In this document: piece by piece, positions 26,096-37,379 of the stretch
Layout: each line of letters begins with the position of its first letter
How positions within the stretch are numbered: position 1 is the stretch's first letter
Origin: Nymphaea colorata
Lineage: Eukaryota
Length of the DNA stretch: 64,000 nucleotides
Direction of reading: 5' to 3'
NCBI RefSeq assembly: GCF_008831285.2
Contig: NC_045138.2
Coordinates: 42,408,001 to 42,472,000 of the forward strand
Notes under the pieces: model-generated
Database searches by the model: none
What the model was told of the DNA's origin: nothing
What the model saw: the letters and a program-made list of their open reading frames with translations, nothing else
Made by a program: the position numbers and the translations under genes

Positions 26096-26416
26096 CAGGG
26101 GTGGGCATCGGGCTGGGCTGGGCCAGACCGGGCCGGCCCCATAAAATCGGTTTCGGGTCAGCCCAAACTTGGACCCAGGCCCGGGCCTGAGACCCAAATA
26201 CAGGCCCGGGCCCGACCCGGCCCAGTCCGTTTAAAATAAAAAAATATTTTTTTAAATTATAAAATAATTTTTAATATCAAATATATTTTTAGTAATAAAA
26301 TATATATTGTTAAATTAAAAAAATAAAAAAGCTATTTTTTAAATGTTAACAGGCTGGGCTTGTGCCGGGCCGGGTCCCGGGCCCCAGCCGGCTGCCCGGC
26401 CCCGTGCCCACCCTTA
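26096..26416. mobile_element. hAT-type MITE (321 bp) with GGGCC-rich subterminal repeats and AT-rich core
   Basis: TIRs CAGGGGTGGGCA / TGCCCACCCTTA. 8-bp TSD AAAATAAA at 26088-26095 and 26417-26424. Confidence 0.88.
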
Positions 26417-27264
26417 AAAATAAACAAGTTCTTGAGATAGGTTGTGCATTTAATGGTAGCTTGTGCCAACTTCTTAGGAAGAAGTAGACAAAAAGGTGAT
26501 GCTCAGGGCAATTGCTTGTTGCTTGCATGGCTATTGCTTGCATGGCTATTTAGTAGAATTGGTACATTAATAATGCTGAAAGTGGAATATCTCGATGGCC
26601 CAAATTCACTATAATCTTGGTTGTGGATGTTCTTTTGCACAGTTTTGCACAGTGAAGAAGATACCTCATTCCATCGTGATAAGCAACACTGTAAAAAAGA
26701 GCAGTTCGGGGAGGATGGGCATGCCCCAACTGACTTAATTCTCCACCCACTTGTTTTTAGGTCTACTCTGATGACAATGACAACCGGGAGCCGATTTGTA
26801 AATGGAAGCAAAGTAGACCAAAAAAGCATCAACTCATAAGCTTACGTCCCAACAAATTAAGCAAGGAGAAGCAGGCAATTAAATCTCACTTGTTCGTAGT
26901 GGTAGTAAGCGATTTTTTTAAAAATATGTAGATAAAATATTGTGTGTGTGTGTGTGTGGGTATACACTCTCTTTTGAATTGATGTCACTCACTAAAAGAT
27001 ATGGCACTCCCGCTGTTCCCTAGCCAGGCGGTGCTGAGTAGTTAAACGGTGAACATGTATCTTAGCTTAAGAATGTCTGGTTAATATTTAACATATTTTT
27101 GGAAAAAGTTTTCAGAAGTATGTTTCTGGAATTGGTTTTCTGGCAATAAAATTTTAGATTTTCAAATGTATGTTGTGTTTGGTAACCATGAATTATTTTT
27201 CTGAAAATTTCCAGTTTGATTGCAAGAAATGACGAATCGCCCCTTGCAAGAAATGACGAATCGC

Positions 27265-27625
27265 CCCTTTCTTCCTCCTTCCCCTCCTTCCCTTTCTTCC
27301 TCCTCCCTCCTTCCCCTTTCCTCCTCCCCTCTTCCTCCTCCCTCCTTCCGTTCTTCCCCTCTTTCGCCTCCCTCCTTCCCCTCTTCCTCCTCCCTCCTTC
27401 CGTTCTTCCCCTTTCCTCCTTCCCCTCTTCCTCCTCCCTCCTTCCCCTCTCCTCCTTCCGCAGTTCTTCCCCTTTCCTCCTCCCCTCTTTCTCCTCCTTC
27501 CTTCTGCTTTCCCCCTCCCTCCTTCCGTTCTTCCCCTTTCCTCCTCCCTCCTTCCGCTTTCCCCCTCCCCTCTTCCTCGTCCCTCCTTCCTCCCCTCCGC
27601 CTCCTTCCCTTCTCCCTTCCTTCCA
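27265..27625. repeat. Polypyrimidine (CT-rich) low-complexity tract, probably the interior of a non-autonomous DNA transposon
   Basis: About 360 bp of almost only C/T with recurring CCTCCCTCCTTCC(G) units. Flanked by TGTTTGG/TGTTTGAT motifs. Confidence 0.85.
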
Positions 27626-28456
27626 CGATCAAGCCCAACCGCTCAATATGTTTCCACCCCTCGGGTGGAAACATATTTTCGGAAATATGTTTCTGATTTT
27701 CATGTTAAATTCTATGTTTGATAAACAAGAAATATTTTAAAAGTTTGAAATATTATTTTACTGCTACAGTAAAACACCTGACCATTGACCATCAACCACT
27801 ACCTTAGTGTTAGGATGGTCACGAATTTGAAGTGGATGCGGCCTTTTAGTATTTTCACCATCGTCGACTAAACGGCCAAATACTCTCTCCGTCCACTGAT
27901 GTTCAGGCCACAAACGACCGCTTGAAATACGCTCTGTTGATAATGGCAAGCACATATATGTGCTGCAGATAATCTTGGAATGAAATGATGTCTTCACGCT
28001 GCAGCAACTATAATTGGTGCCAACTCGTGATGGTAATCGACAGGGGTCAAGTGGCAATGTGCACTGATTTAACAAACTCAGTTACATGACCATGGGCAAT
28101 TATATAAGAAAATTATATTGGGTAGCAATTGGTTGTGAATATGGCATCAAGTCGTAAAACTGGGTATTTATGTTTATGAAACGCATATGAGTAAATTTCG
28201 TAAGAATAAAATTGGAATTTTACTAACCCTCAGCCTCAGGGCTTTACTTTCAGATAAGTAATCGTCCAACAAGCTCTACTACGGATATTTATGCAAATAA
28301 GATGCATACAAGTACCTACCAGTAGAAAATTTCTGACATAGAGACAGAAATAAAATTATGCACTACAAAAGGGGGAAATTTTGAAATATATTTTCATTTT
28401 TCTTAGAAATCTAAAAATTTAGATTAAGGAACATCAAGTTTTTTGCTAATTAGAAG

Positions 28457-28458
<2 letters not shown>

Positions 28459-28518
<60 letters not shown>
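28459..28518. repeat. (AT)n(GT)n compound microsatellite
   Basis: Direct reading of the sequence. Confidence 0.95.
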
Positions 28519-28523
<5 letters not shown>

Positions 28524-29165
28524 GAGAAAAAGGGCACTTTTTGGAAATGATTTGTATCAAATTGTTACGTATTTTGATTCTAGAGAATGATATGTCCCAC
28601 TTAAATTGATTGGGATTGAGAGTTTGTAGAGTTGAATGATTTTTTAATTATGATTAATTTATAATTTATATGTTTAATGAGAATCAATATGACTGTGCAT
28701 ACACATGCTAGATGATATTTGCTTAGGACAGTTACAGGTGTCTTTAAGCCTTGAGCACGAGCGATTCATTTAAGCATCTTAGAATTATAATATACAACAT
28801 CATTTAATAGATTTTTGAAAAATGTACTCTAAAAGTCATATTGCATTAGAAGTACTTGCCACTTGGTGATCCTTCTTGTGGGACAATGTTGCTCCAAAAT
28901 GTACTTGAGTTGAGATTGCATCGAAGGTTTTGCTGAGCTAATAGATTGCATGTTTTCAATGTACAGCCCTCCTCATACTATGCTAGAAATCATCCACAAA
29001 TGGAATTGTTTACTCAAATATAGATCATCAACCGTTGTCCCTCTGCCATTATTTTCAAAACTTTTGGATTCAAGAGATATTATTGATTTGATTGAAGGAT
29101 TACTAACATTTCAGGCCCCACTCAAACTTGATGCCCTTTCTGAGTAACTGATTAAATGGTTTACA

Positions 29166-29543
29166 TCAGAGGGCTAGATTTGAGATAAAACGGCAGATGG
29201 CTTGTATCCTACCGTGTAAACTGTATAGTTCTTTAAGATCGGTTGGGGCTCGCATATCTATAATGGCCTTAGCTCTGGTGGGGTCCACTTCAATTCCCCT
29301 TTTCCTCACCATATATCCCAAATGTTCGCCTAACTCAACAACAAACACACACTTCTGTGGGTTTGATGAGAGCCTGTATTGAATCCACCTGTGTTAGCAC
29401 TCTGATGTAATCCTGATGTGTTTTAGATTTTACAAGAATATCATCTATGTAGGCATCCATGAACTTGTGCATTTGATCATGGTGGTGGCCTTTGCTCTTT
29501 GATATGTTGCTTTGACATTTATCAATCCGAAAGGCATCAATGT
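29166..29543 (-). mobile_element. Ogre/Tat-like gypsy reverse transcriptase, C-terminal part (pseudogenic)
   Basis: MPFGLINVKATYQRAK..MHKFMDAYIDDILVKSK..LGYMVRKRGIEVDPTRAKAIIDM..GRIQAICRFISNLA, with frameshifts. Confidence 0.85.
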
Positions 29544-32500
29544 TGTTTACATGCCAAATTCGCATCTTACATGTAAACTGTATAATTGGGATATAATTTT
29601 ACATGTACTTGCCATTGTTTTCAAATGTGGGATTCCAAGATACTGGACTCGACCTATCGGGAACGAGGTCTGACCATTCCTAGCGCCTTTACCAGCGGTT
29701 ATCAAATTAAGGACTAAATCAAAATGTTTTAATGCTGTGTAAGGACTAAATTAAGGACCTATCGGGAACGAGGTGGACCTATTTCTGGGGAAATAGGATC
29801 CAAATTCAAATGCTTGTAACCGTGATTTGAAATATTAATTTAATTCTTTGTATTTCTATGAAATCTTGTTCTAAATTTGAACTAGGAGCTGTTATGGAGA
29901 TCCACCAAGATATGGATGTCTAAGGTTCATGATCAAAAGTTAGAGGTCTGAAATCCAATAAAATTTTGATTTTGTATCTATGATTTGATCTTTTAAAATC
30001 CAAATTCAGATAGGATAAATTCAAATTTGATGGTTAACAAGATTTAAATTCTTGATTTGAATTCAATTCTACGGGAATCAGCCTAGGGTTCATGATCCAA
30101 TATCAAATGTTCAAGATCTAAAATCCAAGTCTAAGATCCAAAATCTGAGATCTGAAATCCACATTGTGATTCTAGAGATCCAAATCCAAAAATGGTAGAC
30201 CTGGTTTTGATATCATGATTTGGATTCATTATCCAAGCAATCTAGGGTTTATAATTAAGATTCAATGCTTTTGAATCGAGATCCAAGATTTGAATAGAAT
30301 AAGCATTAGTCGACTAAGCTGGCTAGGCTTAGGGGCTCAAACCTAGCTAAACTGGGTCTGGTTTTGGGACGAACCTAGTTGAAATTGGCAGACCATGTTG
30401 TTTATATTTCGGACTTCATGTTCAATAGAAGTGGGTTTTGTGTAGGTCAGCTATGTCCTAGCTCTAGGGTTTCAGTTTTGGATAGTGGGCTCTAAGACCG
30501 GTCTAGTTGAGGTATAAGAGAGCTGATATAGGGTTAGACTCCATGTCTGTATGATTTGTTTTTGAAATCATTTTATCAAAGTTGATTTTGAGACCATTTA
30601 AAGAAAACTATGTTTTGGAAAGTTGTCCTCTGTGATTGAGCCGAGCTGCTCACATGCTAGGGCTACTACGTCAAGGTATGCTACTAAGCTAGCCCAATCT
30701 AGTTTCAAACAATAGTGCACGTATGTGCAAAGTGACTAATGTGCATATTTAAATAATCATGCAACACATGCTTAATTCAAGAATGAAATATATAAACTAC
30801 ATGCTTGCTTTAAAAGGAAACTAAACAGAAAGCACAAAATTAAAGAAAAGCGCGATGGGAGGGGCATACCTGACCCCTAAGCGTGGTCTCAGAGCATTAA
30901 TTTAAATTCAATCCTAAGAAAGCAAATAAGCTAAACTACTATATTATTAAGGAAAATAAAGCCAAACCTAGGAGATAAGCAAGAAATAAACTAAACTAAG
31001 CTAGTAGAAAGCAAAAAAGAAAAACCTAATCATGCTCCTAAGAAAAGAAAAGAAAGAAAAGCACTACATTGCAAAGAACAAAAGAAAGAAGGAAAAAAGG
31101 TTGCTCGAACCTTGAGATCTAATTGAGCCTGCTCCTACGACCTTTGCACTGAGCTTAGTTGGGTCTTGGTTAAGTGCTACTGCAGCAGCTCAAACTCAAG
31201 ACTTAGACCTAAGCTCCAAAACAATTTAACTTCAAGTGAGCCAAACTCTTTAAGCACCTATGTGGGATTTGTCCAAATTTTATGGGCCTTTTTAATAGCT
31301 CAATAATTCATGGAGAGAGAGGGGGAAGGCCCCTTTCATAGGTGAGAAGGAGGTCGATCTCCCCGAAGGGAGATCGATATACGACTAAACTTTTAGTCAT
31401 GCTCCCGCACTCAAAAACACAAAACTAGTTTAAAATGACGTTTTCATTTGAAAAATATTTGCTGCATTCTTGTTTCAAATCTAAATTCAATTCTGCGAAA
31501 ACCACATGTGCACATGAAAGTGCTGATCGATTCATGATAAAAAATTTGGATTGACATTAAGCGTGGAGGACGAACGATGAACATGGAGCGGAGAAAACAC
31601 ACATTTAAAGCTTGTATTAAAACAGACATTAGATAGAAAAATGTTCATTCCAACTACATATGGATGAAGATCCTATCTATGATGGCTTACTCAGAAATAA
31701 TTTTGCATGATTCATATCCTTTCACAAATTGACCTTAGGCATAAAGTGAGAAATTCACGATGCATTATATGAATATAATGTGGATTAGGTTCACATATGG
31801 ATCTTGGACCTAGATTTGATTTTGAAACCTAGATCATAGTCTAGATCTAAATAAGGTTCTAGAAAAAGGGTCTGGATATGGTATGAAGATCTGGATCATG
31901 ATTTGATATTAAGAATCTTGATTTAAAAAACAAATCACAGATCTGAGACTTGGATACAAGATCTAGATATGAAATTTGAATATGAGATCTAAACATGAAA
32001 TCTGGATATGAGATCTGAAAATGGCATGAACCTGGACCTAGCTCAATTTGGGCTTGGTGGGTTTATACTCAATCACTTGTACTAGATCGAAGTTGGATTC
32101 AGTTAAAAATTGGTTCAGACCTAGGCATGGCAAGGGGTCTACTGGGCTCAATTTATGTTATGTTTTGGGAAACGTGGTTCAATTGAAATTTGAAGTGGGC
32201 TCAACTTGGGCTCGAGGATACTGGGTTCATATGAACTTGTATGAAATGCTAACTTAGGTTCATGTGACTCACAATTTAGGTTTTATGAAAAAAATGTACA
32301 TAGCAACAAAAGACTATAATGAACCTACCATGAAAATCAAAACCAATGGGTTGTGTGGGCATGTCGACCATATTATAAGGTGCACAAGGTACAATTAAGG
32401 CTTTTTGTGAAATTTAGTTGAAAAATAACCTCATTTTCCCCTCCAAAACTCCAAAAAAAAAAAAAAAAAAATTCGTGGGTAGTATGAGGACCCTTTTTTG

Positions 32501-33385
32501 AAGGCTAGGCAAAAGCAAAATACAACTTTCAATATGAGGTATGTCTGTCTGATCTAGAGCTGGACATACTTTCTTGAAGAGTTGCTGATTGCAACCATGT
32601 AAAGAAATAGAGAAATTGATTTCCAAATTGATCATAATTTAGTTCGAAAAATTGAGCCACAGTGACGCTAGATGTTCAGAATTAGACAACCCTTTCTAAA
32701 TCTATAAAGTGGAAATTGAGCTCAAATATGGATGATTGAACTTAAATCAAAGTCTGAAATACTTAAATGGGATACATAATATGATCTTAGATCGGTGCAA
32801 GTTGATATGCTCTCGATTGGGAGAATCTTAGCTTGGACCTACCAAAGTTGGTGAGAGGCTGTCACTCTGATTTTAGGACAAAGCTCTAGAACTCAAATCT
32901 AGATTCCAGAACTGAAAGTAACTAAAGAAATTTTGTGGACACTGAGGAGAATTTTTGTTAAGTCTAGTTTGGCTTGACATGGTTTTGGTGCACCAGAATT
33001 GGTAGGTGTATAGTCTCAGTGAGCTGATCAGGTTAGAGTGATTAGAGTGAGCTGGTCTTGAGTTGAAGAAGACTAATAATGACTCATGAGGTTTTGTAAA
33101 GATGCTAAATGACTCAACTGTTCAAAAGTTAGACAATTCTCTAAGTTTTGGTGAAAATCCCAACTTTTCTAGATCAATGTGACAGGACAAAGGGGCAAAA
33201 CAATATTTTTTAACAGTGGCGACATAGGTGGTCATGGTCTAGGTGCTCAATGCTAAGATAAAATGTGCTTGTGTGGTTCAGTAATGACACTTGTTATTGA
33301 AGTTTGATTTCTAAAATCAATTTTGAAATCTCAGGGTAAAGGATAAAATGATCATTTGGATTTATATAAATGTTAGGTATCCACA
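29544..33385 (-). mobile_element. Long solo LTR (3842 bp, Ogre/Tat-like) inserted in an RT
   Basis: On the minus strand it begins TGTGGATACC at 33385 and ends GTAAACA at 29544. Flanks are AATGT / TATGC (3 of 5 match, a decayed TSD). The RT reading is continuous across it, and its architecture resembles the LTR starting at 21537. Confidence 0.75.
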
Positions 33386-33900
33386 TATGCATAACAAAAA
33401 GTTTCACAAGGAGTAGCAAACGATGTCTTGGGTTGATCCTTTGTAGTCGTAACCAGTCTATCCATCCATGAAAGAGAATATTGCATGTCCCGCCATGCTG
33501 TCAACTATCATGTCAATATTCATCAAGGATAGTTATCTTTGGGTGTCGCCTTGTTGAGATCTTTGAAATCAATGCATATTCATACTTGTATGTTCTTTTT
33601 AAGCACCGCTATTATGTTGGCCAACGACTATGGATAATCTATAATTCTAATAAATCTATCTCTTAGTAGACCCTTTAACCCTTCTTTGACTTTATCTTCA
33701 ATTTGAGCATCTAATTTTCTTAATTTATGATTTACGAGGTGGCTTCCTGGCTTTAAAATCAACCCGTGCTCTGCCAATTTTGGATCTAGCCTTGGTATAT
33801 CTTCATATGTCCAAGCAAATACATTTTTGTAGTTTTCAAGTGATGCACGCGAATCTCTACATCCACTTATGTAAGTATTGACTAGAACAGTTGTCTGTGC
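33386..33900 (-). mobile_element. Ogre/Tat-like gypsy reverse transcriptase, N-terminal part (pseudogenic)
   Basis: Minus strand reads LENYKNVFAWTYEDIPRLDPKLAEH..CIDFKDLNKATPKDNYP..IDMIVDSMAGHAILSFMDG..TSFATPCETFCY. Confidence 0.85.
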
Positions 33901-33948
33901 ATAGGGCTGATAAAAATATACAACATTATCTTAATAGACATATCTAAT

Positions 33949-34140
33949 TGTAGACATCCCAAATTTCTCACAAGTCAAAATGATTGTTTTGTCATTCACA
34001 ATGTGATTTGAACCAGTTTTCAAAGCATGATTTTAACAGTTGGGGACATTTTTCGAAATGGAACTCTAAGAACATTATTCCAGAACTAGGGACTTAACCC
34101 ATACCACTTAGGTTGCTACCATCTTGAAAATGATCAATTT
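33949..34140 (+). mobile_element. 5' fragment of an Ogre/Tat-like LTR
   Basis: Starts TGTAGACATCCCAAATTT..AAAATGATTGTTTT, matching the LTR starts at 21537, 33385 and 35337. Confidence 0.55.
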
Positions 34141-34354
34141 TACCCTTGCAACCTGCCATTTTTATCTACGTAATGGCTGTTGGTGGAGAGGCGTTGACAA
34201 GGTTGCTGCCAATGAGAACTGTGATTGGTGGAGAACAAAGCGCAGGTGTGGTGCCAAAGTTGTCTTGCCAGCATGAAAATAGGTTTCGTTCTTTGTTTCC
34301 TTGAAAGGAACCTTCCACATGGGACATCAAGCCTGCAGCAATTTTTTTCTTTCA

Positions 34355-35337
34355 TCGGTTCATGTAAACTCCAAACTTAGGTTTATACAACACTAATGCA
34401 CGCACGTACAAATGACGATTTTGGCTTTAACAAGAAAGTACACTTTACAAGGCTGTGTAAGCATTTTGAATACACTGAGACGTGGGTTAGGCTTAATCTT
34501 AGAAGCGTGGCAAGTTTGGTGAAAAAATTGCTCAATTTACCTTTGAAAAATCACATTTTTCAAAATTGACCAAATTAAAATCAAACATACATAGAAAGGT
34601 GCAAAGTAAAATCGAAAAACAAAGATTTCGACATTTTCTATTGGAAGTGAATACATTTATACCTTCCTCGAGTGATGTTGAATTCATCTGTGTTCTTAGA
34701 TTGAGAATTGACATTTTAGATCTCTCAAGAATTAGTTCAGAAATCACTAGTGATAATGTCCAGACACAGGCACTCTATAGTGATTAGAAAGCTATAATTA
34801 TACTCAATCTAATATATAATTGCTCGAATTGAAGTTAAGAATAGAGAATATAATCCTAACTCGATTCAAGCTAACTCGCCTAAATTGGATAGAAATGGTG
34901 ATCAAATATGTAAAAATGGAGAAATGGAAAACCATTTCCTGGAAATGGTCGCTCTAATATTGAAATTTGAGCTTCAAAGCTGAAAATGAATCCAAAAATG
35001 CTCCTATCGTAGGTCTGACCTAGTCTATAGGTGTAGGTGTGTTGATGATGAGAAATATTTGAAAAATAAAAAAATGGACCATTTTTAGACCAATGATCAA
35101 ATATAAGCTAGCAAACATATTACCAAGATATCTGGTCATTTGTAGAGATGTAAATAACTCTTGAATAAAATAATTGTAAATGAAGTTATCATGAGCAGAA
35201 TGGTCACCTTTTTAAGTGGCAACAACTTAGGTGGGTCTAACCCTGATGTTTGAAAGGCTTTTAAAAAATCAGTTCAAAATCTCCTTTATAAAGAGTAAAA
35301 TGATCATTTTATCTCGTAAAAATTTAAAGTGTCTACA
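34355..35337 (-). mobile_element. 5' about 1 kb of an Ogre/Tat-like LTR
   Basis: Minus strand starts TGTAGACACTTTAAATTTTT. It is collinear with 21537-22600, shown even by near-identical spurious ORFs (ELILERS..SLEE..NFEKCDF) at 22179+ and 34532-. Confidence 0.75.
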
Positions 35338-35436
35338 AAGGATCAACAACAATTATAATACAATGATGACATAATCTTTATAACATTTTTTAAATTTTTA
35401 ACCATATGGTAACATCTGAATAAAATATGAATTATC

Positions 35437-35885
35437 CTATGTCACATAGGTATGGGTACGGGGTGCCGGTGCTAGTACGGGTATTGACCATTTTTAAAAA
35501 ACTTGAGTGCGGAGATACGATCGTATATATATGTAAACAATAAGAATACTTAGAAAATATGTATCAAAATAAAAAATATACATCAACATAAACAAATAAA
35601 TAACATAGAAAATATATATCAATGACTCTTGCTCCAGCAATGTGTTTAAGAAACCTATGAAAAACTTTAAACATATGGACAACCAAGCAACCCCCTAGTC
35701 AAATATGAACATCAATCAAATTTTCACATCTAAAGAATAAAATAAAAAGTAAGGTAAAAAAAATTAATTCAAAATAAAATTAAACAGTTTGGATCTATAA
35801 GTACCCAAGTGTCAAAGTACCTATTTTAAGTACGGGTACAACAACACAGATACGTGGACTTTACTGAAGTACCCATGTAACTTAA
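35437..35885. mobile_element. hAT-type MITE (449 bp) with GTACGGGT/GTACCC subterminal motifs
   Basis: TIRs CTATGTCACATAGGTA / TACCCATGTAACTTAA (12 of 16 match). Perfect 8-bp TSD GAATTATC at 35429-35436 and 35886-35893. Confidence 0.88.
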
Positions 35886-36752
35886 GAATTATCTTATATT
35901 GTACCTTCAATCATTTGAATTTATAGCCTTTTACTTCGTGAACAATGTCTAGAAAAAAAAACTAATTTCTAGAACGCCTAAGATCAATTCATACACAAGC
36001 CGAGACAGTCAGGTGGACATCAAAGAAACAAGCCTATCTTATTAACCAAGGGGAACTGTATAATAACACACGCATGTCCTGTGCACAACTTTACGTAGGA
36101 TACCTGTATATAATGGTTCACTGCATGTATTTTTACCATGCACTAGTCAACTTGTTAATAAAATCATCCAGCAGTGTTGCATAACTGCCAAATCTGACCA
36201 CTCAGATACAAGCCCTTAGGTTGTGACAACCCAGGATAAATTATCAACTTTACAAGGAAGAAGCAGCAACAGCATATTCACAGTTTACAATCACAGAAAC
36301 AGCATGGGCATGTCCTACGTTGTGAATGTAGTTTGTACGTCAAATGCAACGTACTGTAGGTTACATGTACATCAACGGTCCAGCAGCACTATTCAGCATG
36401 TACGCCTCTTAATTAGTTAATGAAATACCACATCTAATGCACGCACCTCCCACCACTTTAGTGCACATATTCACGCTTGACTGTTCAGTCACCTCCATGG
36501 ACCAGGAAAAGAAATTCTGCCAAAAACAAAAAGAGCAACCAAATCAAAAACCAAATTTTACATAGCATATAGTACCAAAAATAAAAGTTAATTTACCATA
36601 TAATGAAGGCTTCTCATTCAAATCCATGAGATATCAGAAGGTATGCAACCAGTTTCCATAAACGCCAAAATTTAGCACCTGCTTATGCTTGATTACCTGA
36701 AGACAAAAGTATGATAGACTTCACAATTTTCATTAAGCATAATGAAGGTCCC

Positions 36753-37080
36753 TTAACAACCATCATGAATTCTTTCTTCATTCGCAACCAAAATAAGCAT
36801 CTCCAATCTTCTATCAAATAGTGCTGCACTCTCGTCTCTCTTGTCCAGCTCAGCCGCTTCTGCCTCAAGCCATTTCTCACGCAAATCATCAAGGATGTTC
36901 CCTTGATTAGTAGTCCCACCAGCTCCTGGTGCACTAGGAAGGGTTGTCCGCAATGCAGAATCACCAGATGGTGGTGGAAATCTTAGGAGCATAGCTCTAA
37001 ATTTACTTGTATCAGCAAATGCCTCAAAATTGCAAGCCATTGCATCTAGACAGTACTCCCTAATTTTCAATACATCATAC
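36753..37080 (-). CDS. Ankyrin-repeat/BTB-POZ protein, exon 5 (last coding exon)
   Basis: TTTGTAG acceptor; [63 protein letters not shown]..; TAA at 36755-36753. Confidence 0.93.
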
Positions 37081-37379
37081 CTACAAATTCAATCAAAATG
37101 AAATTTAATATATGACAGTATGCCTGCCCAGAGGAGATAAAGAGAGAGAGAGAGCACAAGACTTCAGACTTGCAATCATCTTTAGAGTGTCTTCCTACAA
37201 CAGAACTTGTAGTTTTTTCATTCTAAGTTTCCAAATTGATTACTGAGTCAGAATCAGTACTTGCAAGCTGCGCTTACTACTAGGTTAACTAAAGTCCAGA
37301 ACGATTAACTCACATCACAATACAAATTTGGTAAATAAGGCCCCTAATATTACCAAAAACAGTAGTACAGAAGGCAGGT

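Noticed and set aside
27162..27740. Three long overlapping ORFs (158-174 aa), Pro/Ser- or Glu/Gly/Arg-rich
   Set aside because: Artefacts of a stop-free CT/GA low-complexity tract.
27764..28260. 103-aa ORF in a moderately GC-rich island; organellar or viral insert considered
   Set aside because: No recognisable protein, rRNA or tRNA motif in any frame. A BLAST search would be needed.
28361..28385. CACTACAAAA (CACTA-like end) overlapping AAAAGGGGGAAATT (SIRE-like PPT)
   Set aside because: No matching TAGTG end, TSD or confidently delimited LTR, so it cannot be assigned.
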